Shown: in pieces, positions 9,082 through 17,579 of the stretch | How positions within the stretch are numbered: the first letter of the stretch is position 1 | How the letters are laid out: each line of letters begins with the position of its first letter | DNA from: an uncultured Actinomycetes bacterium | Lineage (GTDB): Bacteria > Actinomycetota > Thermoleophilia > Solirubrobacterales > Solirubrobacteraceae | Direction of reading: 5' to 3' | Length of the DNA stretch: 64,000 bases | NCBI GenBank assembly: GCA_963787065.1 | Contig: CAWBBQ010000022.1 | Span: 18,521-82,520, forward strand | Position numbers and translations under genes: made by a program | Notes under the pieces: generated by a model | Told to the model about the DNA's origin: nothing | The model's input: only the letters and a program-made list of their open reading frames with translations | Databases searched by the model: none

Positions 9082-9929
9082 GCACCACCGAGAACAGAGA
9101 GCCGATCCTCGAGGCCAAGGGCATCGTCAAGCGCTACGGGTCGGTCACGGCCATCGACGGCGCCGACTTCGAGCTGTATCCCGACGAGATCCTCGCCGTG
9201 ATCGGCGACAACGGCGCCGGCAAGTCGAGCCTCATCAAGACGCTGTCGGGCGCGACGATCCCCGACGAGGGCGAGATCAAGCTCGACGGCCAGACGGTGC
9301 ACTTCAAATCGCCGTCCGAGGCCCGCGAGGCGGGCATCGAGACGGTCTACCAGGATCTCGCCGTAGCCCCCGCGCTGGACATCGCGACGAACCTGTTCCT
9401 GGGTCGCGAGAAGCGCCGCGCGGGCCCGCTGGGCAGCGTGTTCCGCATGGTCGACAAGAAGTTCATGCGCGAGGAGGCCGACCGGCAGATGAAGAGCCTG
9501 CAGATCGGCATCCGCTCCATGAGCCAGGCGGTCGAGACGCTGTCGGGCGGCCAGCGCCAGGGCGTGGCCGTGGCGCGCGCCGCGGCCTGGGCGCGCAAGC
9601 TCGTGATCATGGACGAGCCGACGGCCGCACTCGGCGTCAAGGAGTCCGCGCAGGTGCTCGAGCTCATCAAGCGCGTCAAGGAGAACGGCCTGCCGGTGAT
9701 CCTGATCAGCCACAACATGCCGCACGTGTTCGAGATCGCCGACCGCATCCACATCCACCGGCTCGGCAAGCGGGTGGCCGTCGTCACGCCGCAGACGCAC
9801 ACGATGCACGAGGTGGTCGGCATCATGACCGGCGCCGTCGTGCACGACCTCGAGCACCCCGGCGACGACAACGGCGACGGCAGCGCCCGGGCAGAGGCGC
9901 CGCCGGCGCAGGACAAGCCGGCCACGTAG
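9078..9929 (+). CDS. sugar ABC transporter ATP-binding protein (single ABC domain)
   Basis: GTG 9078 overlaps the permease stop (GTGA). The protein has Walker A GDNGAGKSS, signature LSGGQRQ and Walker B LVIMDEPTAALG. The first 249 codons of ORF 8331..9929 are out-of-frame overlap with the permease gene. Confidence 0.9.
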   Translation: MSTTENREPILEAKGIVKRYGSVTAIDGADFELYPDEILAVIGDNGAGKSSLIKTLSGATIPDEGEIKLDGQTVHFKSPSEAREAGIETVYQDLAVAPALDIATNLFLGREKRRAGPLGSVFRMVDKKFMREEADRQMKSLQIGIRSMSQAVETLSGGQRQGVAVARAAAWARKLVIMDEPTAALGVKESAQVLELIKRVKENGLPVILISHNMPHVFEIADRIHIHRLGKRVAVVTPQTHTMHEVVGIMTGAVVHDLEHPGDDNGDGSARAEAPPAQDKPAT

Positions 9930-10007
9930 ACGCGGGGCGACCGGCGTGTCCGCTCGCGTGACGAGCGGGCGCGCCGTCGATCCCGATGTGCGGGCGGACC
10001 GGGTGGG

Positions 10008-10271
10008 TCAGCCGCCGCTGATCGCGGCGATGACGTCGACGCGCGAATCGGCATCGAGCGGGGTGTCCAGCGCGGCGCGCTCGCGATCGACGTAGACGTT
10101 GATGTGCGGTCGCAGCACCGGTCCCGGCTCGCACAGCCGGACGCGGAGCCCCGGCCAGCGCTGGTCGAGACGCTCGATGGCCTCGTCCACGGTCGCCGCG
10201 TCGACCTCGAGCTGCCGCGGCAGGTCGCGGAACAGCGGCGGCAGCGAGGCGGGCAGGCGCAGCGCGGCCAT
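10008..10271 (-). CDS. MoaD/ThiS-family ubiquitin-like protein with C-terminal Gly-Gly
   Basis: The protein is 87 aa and ends ...RVDVIAAISGG. The gene sits 3 nt downstream of the beta-propeller gene stop. Confidence 0.75.
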   Translation of the reverse strand: MAALRLPASLPPLFRDLPRQLEVDAATVDEAIERLDQRWPGLRVRLCEPGPVLRPHINVYVDRERAALDTPLDADSRVDVIAAISGG

Positions 10272-10274
10272 GCG

Positions 10275-11351
10275 TTAGGCGAGGACCGCGACCTCTACCG
10301 ATGAGATGCCGGGCAGGTAGCCGGCGATCTGATCCCAGCTCTCGCCCTCATCGGCGCTTGCGAACACCTGGCCCGTGCTCGTGCCGAAGTAGAGCCCCGG
10401 CACGTCGAGGGCATCGATCGCGAGTCCTTCGCGCAGCACGCCGAGGTATGCGTCGCGCTGCGGCAGCCCGCGATCGAGCCGATGCCAGGTCGCGCCGGCG
10501 TCGCGGGTGCGCCAGACCGCGGCGCGACCGTCCGGCATGCAGCGGCCGTGCCCGGGATCCAGCGGGATCACGTAGAAGCAGTGCCGGTCGTGCGGGTGCG
10601 CCGCGGCGGCGAAGCCGAAGTCGCTCGGCAGGCCCTCGGTCACCTCCGTCCACGAGCGCCCGCCGTCGTCGCTGCGGTGCACGCCGCAGTGGTTCTGCTG
10701 GTACAGGCGGTCACGGTCGGCGGGCGACATCACGAGCTTGTGCACGCAGTAGCCGACCTCGGGGTCCTCCACCGGCCAGTCGGCGCGCAGGCCCCGGTTG
10801 CGCGGCGTCCAGGACGCGCCGTCGTCCGTGGTCTCGAAGATGCCGAACCCCTGCACGACGACCCAGAGGCGGGAAGGATCGTCGGGATGCGGCAGGATGC
10901 CCGGCAGGCCGAGATGGCCGGGCGGCTGGTTGGCCGGATCGTTCCAGGCCGTGCGGCCCGGCTGGCCGTCGAGCGTGCTGAGCAGCGACCAGGTCTCGCC
11001 GCCGTCACGGCTCTCGAACAGGCCGGCCGCCTCGGCGCCGGCCAGCACGCGCCCGTGCGCGGCGCACAGACCGGAGACCTTCGACAGCCGCAGGTCGCCG
11101 TCGCCATAGGCCAGGCCCTCGCTCGACAGCTCCCAGGTCTCGCCCAGGTCGCCGCTGCGCCAGATGCCCGCACCGTGCCACTCGCTCGCGGCCGCCGCGT
11201 AGATCGTGCCCGATGCCGGATCGTGCACCGCATGGTAGATCGGCCACCCCTCGCAGAACGGACCACGCACGCTCCAGTCGCGATGCTCTCGATCGCCTTC
11301 CAGCAGAAAGCAGCCCTTGCGCGTCCCGACCAGCAGGACGATGCGCGCCAT
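10275..11351 (-). CDS. BNR/Asp-box repeat beta-propeller protein (sialidase-fold / Ycf48-like)
   Basis: Six Asp-box-like motifs are present: SGDLGETW, SRDGGETW, TTDDGASW, SDDGGRSW, TRDAGATW and SADEGESW. A strong RBS (GGAGGTGAGGGA) precedes ATG 11351. Confidence 0.8.
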   Translation of the reverse strand: MARIVLLVGTRKGCFLLEGDREHRDWSVRGPFCEGWPIYHAVHDPASGTIYAAAASEWHGAGIWRSGDLGETWELSSEGLAYGDGDLRLSKVSGLCAAHGRVLAGAEAAGLFESRDGGETWSLLSTLDGQPGRTAWNDPANQPPGHLGLPGILPHPDDPSRLWVVVQGFGIFETTDDGASWTPRNRGLRADWPVEDPEVGYCVHKLVMSPADRDRLYQQNHCGVHRSDDGGRSWTEVTEGLPSDFGFAAAAHPHDRHCFYVIPLDPGHGRCMPDGRAAVWRTRDAGATWHRLDRGLPQRDAYLGVLREGLAIDALDVPGLYFGTSTGQVFASADEGESWDQIAGYLPGISSVEVAVLA

Positions 11352-11416
11352 CCCTCACCTCCGGCTTCGGATTTCGCTGCCGAGTCTCGCTGTCGCCGGG
11401 GGATGTGGCAAGGGCC

Positions 11417-11800
11417 TCAGGGCTCGGCCACCCGGCCGGGCGCCTGCGGCTCGAAGATCCCCGCCTGGTAGGCGAGCACGACTGCCTGGACGCGGTCACG
11501 GAGGTCGAGCTTCTGGAGGATGTGGGTGACGTGTGTCTTGACCGTGGTCTCGCTGATGTAGAGCTCCTGGCCGATCTCTGTGTTGGAGAGGCCGTTGGCG
11601 ATCAGGCGAAAGACGTCCTGCTCACGCGCCGTCAACTCGTCGAACTCCTTGGGGGGCGCGGGGCGCGGGATGCGCGCGAATTGCTTGATCACGCGTTTCG
11701 TGAGGCTGGGCGAGAGCAGCGCGTCTCCGGCGGCCACGGTGCGGATCGCCGCGATCAGCTGGTCGACGGTCCGCGAGGCGCTCTGGGCTCCGTTCACCCC
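11417..11800 (-). pseudogene. NarL/LuxR-family response regulator, C-terminal fragment only (receiver domain missing)
   Basis: The linker and HTH are retained: QLIAAIRTVAAGDALLSPSLTKRVIKQF...LTAREQDVFRLIANGLSNTEIGQELYISETTVKTHVTHILQKLDLRDRVQAVV. No REC domain lies upstream. The reading frame runs into tRNA-derived repeat A. Confidence 0.65.
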
Positions 11801-11835
11801 GCCGTCCGCGGAGTGGCCGCACCGAGGACGTGGCA

Positions 11836-11871
11836 CGGGAGCGACGGGACTCGAAGCCGCGACCTCCGGCG
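11836..11871 (-). repeat. tRNA-Asp 3'-end repeat A (att-like relic, 36 nt, 1 mismatch)
   Basis: cgggagcgacgggactcgaaGccgcgacctccggcg matches 40561-40596 of tRNA-Asp with one C-to-G change. No 5' half of a tRNA follows. Confidence 0.6.
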
Positions 11872-12165
11872 CGAGAGGCCGTGCCTCAGACGTCCATCTG
11901 GCTGTAGAAAGCCAGATCAAGGACCGGCCAAAGGCCGTGCGCTGGATGCCGTGCGGCGGACAACGCAGGAAAGGGATCCGGCGCGACGATCGCAGTCGCC
12001 GCGTACGACCACGAAGAGTGGCTCGCGAACAAGACCCTCGAAGTCAAGGTGACCGCCGAGCATCGCGGTCGTGTGCCTCAAGCTCCGTGAGCTGCATCGC
12101 GTCAGTGCCTCAGGGGCACGATGTGCTTCGCACGTGCGGCATCGCCGGTGCACGCGCTGCGGCAA

Positions 12166-12405
12166 CTACGACTGCGCGCTCGCCCGTGACCTCGGAGGAC
12201 TGCTGCTCGCACGTACGTCAACCGGCACGACCGCGCGTCCGGCCGGCAATCGGTGGAGCTGGTCACCGACCAGCGCGCCGAGGGGCGGTGCCATTTCGTC
12301 GTCGTCCAGCGGCACGTCGACGTTGCCGGTCCCGTTGCAACGCCAGCACGGGATGTCGTGGCCGATACGGCCGGCGCCCTGGCATGACGGACAAGTGCGG
12401 ATCAT
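12166..12405 (-). CDS. hypothetical small protein with two DnaJ-type CxxCxGxG zinc-finger motifs
   Basis: MIRTCPSCQGAGRIGHDIPCWRCNGTGNV... contains two CxxCxGxG motifs 11 residues apart. The C-terminal half is low-complexity, so the call is weak. Confidence 0.3.
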   Translation of the reverse strand: MIRTCPSCQGAGRIGHDIPCWRCNGTGNVDVPLDDDEMAPPLGALVGDQLHRLPAGRAVVPVDVRASSSPPRSRASAQS

Positions 12406-13117
12406 CGTTCAGACAATCGACCGCACCGGCGCAGCCTTGAGCGGTCGTCTGCACACAGACGCGACAACGGCCCGCCGATGCCACGACTGGGCGGCTGGGT
12501 TCGGTATGGATTTCGGTACCGAATCACCTCGCCCGCGGTGGGTATGAGGCGAGGCAATCGTCCCCCCACACGACCGAGGTGGCGACGCGCTGCGTGCCGT
12601 CCATCGCGCGTGCCGCAACGCTCGGAGCTGGGTCGTCGCACCCCGCGGTTGCGACACGGCAGTTTCGTCGTGGATCGCTGATTCGGCGCCGCGCGTGGTG
12701 GACGCCGCCAACGCACCTGAAGTATCTTGGCGACCCCGCCCGCGCTTGCCGGACGCCCCCGCGAAGAGCAGTCGGGCGGCGGGCGGGGTGCCAACCCGGT
12801 ACCCCGTAAAGAAACCGGTGCCCATGTGATCGACCGCTCGAGCGAGGGCTTGAGCGTGGGATCAGCGTCGGTCTGACCTGAGCGGCGACGCTCCGGGAGA
12901 GGACCGCCCCGATGCGCACGCGGACCGCCTCGCCGCCGCGGGCGTCGCCGACGGGCAGCTCGTCCCGGCGGCGCTCGCCGACGAGCCCTCCGGCGCGGCT
13001 GCCGAGGCGTCCGCGCGCGACCCGGACCGCTGACCGCCGATCGCGTCCCCGCGTGATCGTGAACGTGCCGAGGAGCCGCCCAAGAGAAAGGCCCCACTCT
13101 CGGGCGGCTTCTACGAG

Positions 13118-13154
13118 CGGGGAGCGACGGGACTCGAACCCGCGACCTCCGGCG
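13118..13154 (-). repeat. tRNA-Asp 3'-end repeat B (att-like relic, one extra G)
   Basis: cgggGagcgacgggactcgaacccgcgacctccggcg matches 40561-40596. It is preceded at 13088-13117 by a diverged copy of the tRNA-Asp terminator flank (aaaggccccactctcgggcggcttctacgag). Confidence 0.7.
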
Positions 13155-13409
13155 AAGTGGCGCGACTCGCATGGACGCCAGGTCAAGCGCCGAGTGGGCG
13201 CGGCGTGGGTCGAGCGCGGCGCCGGCGCCGGGGTCTGGCAGCGGCGCGGCGGTCGACTGGCCGACGGGTGCTTCGACGAGAAGGCCGCGATCGTCGAGAT
13301 GCGCCGCCTCATCGACGAGTGCGAGGAGGAGCTCGCGGCCGGACCGCCGCGGGAAGGCGGAGCTCAGGTCGTGCCCGTCCGCGAGCGAAGCGCGGTGCGT
13401 AAGCCGTCG
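13146..13409 (+). pseudogene. tyrosine-integrase N-terminal (arm-binding) fragment fused directly to repeat B
   Basis: AKWRDSHGRQVKRRVGAAWVERGAGAGVWQRRGGRLADGCFDEKAAIVEMRRLIDECEEELAAGPP is paralogous to residues about 20-85 of the integrase at 19854. There is no start codon and no core-binding or catalytic domain. Confidence 0.7.
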
Positions 13410-13876
13410 TGACGTGGCTGCCCGCGAAGCCCGTCCCGCTTCACCTCCGCCGCGCGGCCCGTGCCTTCGGGCATGCGCCCGCTCGTCGCGAGTATCGGCT
13501 CGACGAAACGAGATTGCTGGCTCGCGCGGCCACGGCGGCGTCGGCGCGCCGGCTACGCAGGCCGCGCATGGCGCCTCAGCCGCAGCTGCGATCGAGGCGG
13601 TCGTCGATGATCCGCGTCTGCGATTCGGTCTGGGTCGATGCGACGGACAGCAGGCTCCCGCGCACGTGAGACTCGTCGCCCAAACCCTCCTGCTTGCCGA
13701 TGCGCGCGGGGCTGGTCTGTACCTGCGGGGCGGCGTGGTGCGCGCGGTAGAAGAGGAAACAGATGGTCGACGCCCGCGCCGCAGCCCGCGGCGAGCGCGA
13801 GGGCCACCACGGCGGTGAGAACGCCGACGACCTCGCGCCTGATGACGCGCTAGGGGGCAGGCGCGCAGCGAGGCGC

Positions 13877-14872
13877 TCACCGGAATGCCGGGATCACGTC
13901 GGCGCCGTAGCCGTCGAGCGTCGCCTCCTGCGCGTCGTGCATCAGGTAGACGTTGAACTGGTCGACGCCGAGCCCCTCGAGCTCGCGTAGCTTCGCGACG
14001 TGGTCGGCCGCCGTCCCGAGCACACAGAAGCGGTCGACGATCTCATCCGACACGAACTCCGTGTCGGGGTTGCCGGCGCGGCCGTGGTGGGCGTAGTCGT
14101 AGCCCTCGCGGGCGCGGATGTACTCGGTCAGCGCCGTCGGAATCTCGCCGCCCTCGCCGTAGCGGCGGACGAGGTCGGCGACGTGGTTGCCGACCATCCC
14201 GCCAAACCAGCGGCATTGGTCGCGCGCGTGCGCGACTTCGCTGCCGAGGTACGCGGGCGCCGCGACGCAGATCGCGACGTCGTCGGGGTCGCGGCCCGCC
14301 TCCGCCGCCGCCGCGCGCACTCGCTCGACCGTCCAGCGCACGATCACCGGGTCGGCGAGCTGGAGGATGAACCCGTCGGCCTTGCGCCCGACCAGCGCCA
14401 GCGCCTTCGGCCCGTAGCCGGCCATCCACACGTCGAGCCTGCCGTCGCGCACCCACGGGATCGAGACGTCGCCGGCCGGCGTGGAGATCGGGCGGCCTTC
14501 GGCGAGCTCCTTGATGATGTGCATCGCGCTCTCGGTCTCGGCCAGCGTCGTCGGCTTGCGCCCGAGCACGCGGCGCGACGAGTCGCCGCGGCCGATCCCG
14601 CAGATCGTGCGGTTGCCGAAGCCCTCGTTGAGGGTCGCGAACAGCGACGCGGTCACGGTCGGGTCGCGCGTCGCCGGGTTCGTGACGAGCGGGCCGACCA
14701 TGATCCGCTCGGTCGCCGCGAGCATCTGCGCGTAGATCACGTACGGCTCCTGCCACAGGATGTGGGAGTCGAACGTCCACGCGTAGCGGAAGCCGAGCGC
14801 CTCGGCCCGCTGCGTGAGCTCGACGACGCGCCGCTGCGGCGGGTCGGTCTGGAACGTGACGCCGAAGTCCAC
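13877..14872 (-). CDS. LLM-class (luciferase-like) flavin/F420-dependent oxidoreductase
   Basis: From GTG 14872: MDFGVTFQTDPPQRRVVELTQRAEALGFRYAWTFDSHILWQEPYV...GIGRGDSSRR...VWMAGYGPKAL. This is the tail of ORF 13877..16420. It is the last gene of the hydantoinase operon. Confidence 0.85.
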   Translation of the reverse strand: MDFGVTFQTDPPQRRVVELTQRAEALGFRYAWTFDSHILWQEPYVIYAQMLAATERIMVGPLVTNPATRDPTVTASLFATLNEGFGNRTICGIGRGDSSRRVLGRKPTTLAETESAMHIIKELAEGRPISTPAGDVSIPWVRDGRLDVWMAGYGPKALALVGRKADGFILQLADPVIVRWTVERVRAAAAEAGRDPDDVAICVAAPAYLGSEVAHARDQCRWFGGMVGNHVADLVRRYGEGGEIPTALTEYIRAREGYDYAHHGRAGNPDTEFVSDEIVDRFCVLGTAADHVAKLRELEGLGVDQFNVYLMHDAQEATLDGYGADVIPAFR

Positions 14873-14877
14873 GGCGG

Positions 14878-16338
14878 TCAGCCCTCCGTCGCTGTGATCG
14901 GGGATGGCGCCTGCACGCGCGTGAGCGCGACGTAGGTCAGGGCGGACAGCCCGAAGGCGACGAACACGCCGTAGCGGTAGAGCTGGTCGAAGAAGTCCGG
15001 GTCGGCGATCACGCCGCCCTCGGTCGTCGCCGCGTTCAGGAACCCCGGCATCACCGGGATCACGCCCGCCGCGACCGCGACCAGCGCGCGCCAGTTGTAG
15101 CCGTTCGAGAACCAGTAGCGCCCGCCCGGCCCGTAGCGGTACAGCTCCTCGACGTCGAGCCGTGCGCGCCGCAGCAGCCAGTAGTCGAACACCATCACCG
15201 CGAGGAACGAGGCGAGCAGGCTGCCGTAGCCGACGAGCCACGTGAAGATGTAGGCGCCCGCGTCCTCGTACAGCTGCCACGGGAACGAGATGATCCCGAT
15301 CACGGCGGTGATCAGCCCGCCCGTCCGGAACGAGATCTGGCGCGGCGACAGGTTGGAGAAGTCGTTCGACGGCGAGACCACGTTGGCCGCCATGTTGGTG
15401 GAGACCTGCGCGATCACGACGATGATCATCGCGAAGATCAGCAGGATCGGGAGATCGTCGAGCAGCCGCGCGACGAGCGTCACCGGATCCCAGATCGGCT
15501 CGCCGAACTCGATGATCGTCGCGCACGTCACCGCGATGCCGATGAACGCGAAGCCGGTCATCGTCGCCGGCATCGCGATGCTCTGCCCGACCATCTGCGA
15601 GCGCTGGTCGCGCGCGTAGCGCGTGAAGTCGGGGATGTTCATCGACAGCGTGATCCAGTAGCCGACGTTGGCCGCCAGCCCCGGCCCGAACAGCGACCAG
15701 AAGTCCTGGTCGTCGGTCACGAGCTGCGACGACGCCGAGAAGACGTTGCCCGCGGCGCCGAAGCCCCAGATCAGCAAGCCGACGCTCCCGCCGAGCAGCA
15801 GCGGCGCGGCGTAGCTCTCGAGGAACTTGATCCCCTCGATGCCGCGCAGGATGATCGCCACCTGGACGATCCAGAAGACGCCGAACGCGATCGCCTTGTG
15901 CCCGCTCACGTCGGCCCAGCCGGAGGTCAGCGTCGTCATCAGCGTGTCGAGTGCGAGCGCGCCGATCCAGGTCTGGATCCCGAACCAGCCGCACGCGACG
16001 AGAGCGCGCGCCATCGCCGCGACGTTCGCGCCGCGGATGCCAAAGCTCGAGCGCACGAGCACCGGGAACGGGATCCCGTACTTCGTGCCCGGGTGCGAGT
16101 TGAGCAGGATCGGCACCAGCACGATCAGGTTGCCGAGCGCGACCGTCAGCAGGCCCTGCCACCACGTCATGCCGGCGGTGATCAGGCCGGAAGCGAGCGT
16201 GTAGGTCGTGATCACGATCGACAGCCCGACCCACAGCGCCGCGAGGTGGTACGTGCCCCACGTGCGCTGGTCCGGGCCGGTCGGCGCGAGGTCCTTGTTC
16301 GACAACGGCGACTCGGCGATGGTGCTCGTGCTCATCAT
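14878..16338 (-). CDS. NCS1 family nucleobase/hydantoin/allantoin:cation symporter
   Basis: ATG 16338 follows GGAAAGGAGCG. The sequence SNKDLAPTGPDQRTWGTYHLAALWVG...NSHPGTKYGIPFPVLVRSSFGIRGAN is characteristic of NCS1. The protein has about 12 TM segments. Confidence 0.9.
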   Translation of the reverse strand: MMSTSTIAESPLSNKDLAPTGPDQRTWGTYHLAALWVGLSIVITTYTLASGLITAGMTWWQGLLTVALGNLIVLVPILLNSHPGTKYGIPFPVLVRSSFGIRGANVAAMARALVACGWFGIQTWIGALALDTLMTTLTSGWADVSGHKAIAFGVFWIVQVAIILRGIEGIKFLESYAAPLLLGGSVGLLIWGFGAAGNVFSASSQLVTDDQDFWSLFGPGLAANVGYWITLSMNIPDFTRYARDQRSQMVGQSIAMPATMTGFAFIGIAVTCATIIEFGEPIWDPVTLVARLLDDLPILLIFAMIIVVIAQVSTNMAANVVSPSNDFSNLSPRQISFRTGGLITAVIGIISFPWQLYEDAGAYIFTWLVGYGSLLASFLAVMVFDYWLLRRARLDVEELYRYGPGGRYWFSNGYNWRALVAVAAGVIPVMPGFLNAATTEGGVIADPDFFDQLYRYGVFVAFGLSALTYVALTRVQAPSPITATEG

Positions 16339-17579
16339 TCGCTCCTTTCCCCCGCCGCCCACGCGAGTGTGCGCTGCGTGAGCTCGTGCAACGCCTGGAC
16401 CGACCGCTCGAGGTCCGCATCCGCCGTGTCCTCCTCCTTCGTGTGGCTGACGCCGCCGAGCGACCTGACGAACAGCATCACGGTCGGAATCCGGCGCGCC
16501 ATCTCGGCGGCGTCGTGCAGCGGCCCGCTCGGCAGCCGCGTGCTCGTGCCGGCCACCTCGGCGATCGCGGCGTCAGCCAGCTCGATCAGCTCCGAGTCGA
16601 ACGGGATCGGCTCGATCTCCCAGACCTGCTCCCACGCGACGGTGCAGGCCTCCTCCTCGGCGATCTGCTCGGACAGTGTGCGCGCGGTGGCGAGCATGTC
16701 GGCGAGCACGTGCGCGTCGAGCGCACGCTGGTCGAGCGAGACCTCGCAGGTGCCGTTGAACGCGGTCACGATCCCCGGCGTCACGCGCACGATCCCGGTC
16801 GTGGCGCGCACGTCGTCGCGCGCGGCGGCATCGTCGCGCCACGCGAGCGAGCTGCGCGCCGCCGCGAGGAACGCGTCGCGGCGCCGGTTCATCGGGCTCG
16901 CGCCCGCGTGCGCGTGGGCGCCCGTGAAGCGGACGAGGTGGCGCTGCACGCCGAACGTGCCGAGGACTGCGCCGAGCGGGAGGTCGAGCTGCTCGAGCAC
17001 GGGCCCCTGCTCGATGTGCAGCTCGAGGTAGGCGAGCGCCCCGTTCAGCCGGCTGCCGGACTCCCTCATGTGGTCGAGCTCGACGCCGTGGGCGGCGAGT
17101 GCGTCGGGCAGCGGGGTCCCGTCGCGATCGGTCAGGCCGCGCACCTCATCGGGATCGAGCGTCCCGGCGCATGCGCTCGAGCCGAGCAGGCTGCGGCCGA
17201 AGCGCGCTCCCTCCTCGTCGGCCCAGTCGACGAGCTTGAGCGTCAGCTCGCGCCGCTCGGGCGCCAGCGCGCGCAGCACCTCCAGACCGGCGACGACGTT
17301 CAGCGTGCCGTCGAGCCAGCCGCCGTCCGGGACCGAGTCGAGGTGGCCGCCGACGATCACGAAGCGGTCGGACGCGCCCGGCGCGGTCGCCCATGTGTTG
17401 CCGGCCTCGTCGCGCTCGACGGTGACGCCGTTGATCGCCTCGAGTTCGCTCGCGAGCCAGTCGCGCGCCGTGATCCAGGTGTCGGTCCAGGCGACCCGCT
17501 GCGCGCCGTCCTCGTCGCCCGTCAGCCGTTTCAGCTCGCGCAGGCCGGCGACCGCGCGCGCCGCGTCGACGCCCGGCAT
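16335..17579 (-). CDS. M20-family Zn-dependent amidohydrolase (N-carbamoyl-amino-acid / beta-ureidopropionate / allantoate amidohydrolase type)
   Basis: From ATG 17579: MPGVDAARAVAGLRELKRLTG...GNTWATAPG...VIVGGHLDSVPDGGWLDGTLNVVAGLEVLRAL...VDWADEEGARFG...GAHAHAGASPM. Its start and stop overlap the neighbouring genes. Confidence 0.9.
   Translation of the reverse strand: MPGVDAARAVAGLRELKRLTGDEDGAQRVAWTDTWITARDWLASELEAINGVTVERDEAGNTWATAPGASDRFVIVGGHLDSVPDGGWLDGTLNVVAGLEVLRALAPERRELTLKLVDWADEEGARFGRSLLGSSACAGTLDPDEVRGLTDRDGTPLPDALAAHGVELDHMRESGSRLNGALAYLELHIEQGPVLEQLDLPLGAVLGTFGVQRHLVRFTGAHAHAGASPMNRRRDAFLAAARSSLAWRDDAAARDDVRATTGIVRVTPGIVTAFNGTCEVSLDQRALDAHVLADMLATARTLSEQIAEEEACTVAWEQVWEIEPIPFDSELIELADAAIAEVAGTSTRLPSGPLHDAAEMARRIPTVMLFVRSLGGVSHTKEEDTADADLERSVQALHELTQRTLAWAAGERSE

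Noticed and set aside
13553-13850. Lipoprotein-like ORF (…VVALALAAGCGAG…) on the minus strand, with a protein-like tail in another frame (…ESHVRGSLLSVASTQTESQTRIIDDRLDRSCG).
   Set aside because: No adequate start codon or n-region precedes the lipobox. A frameshift is needed to join the pieces. No family is recognisable.
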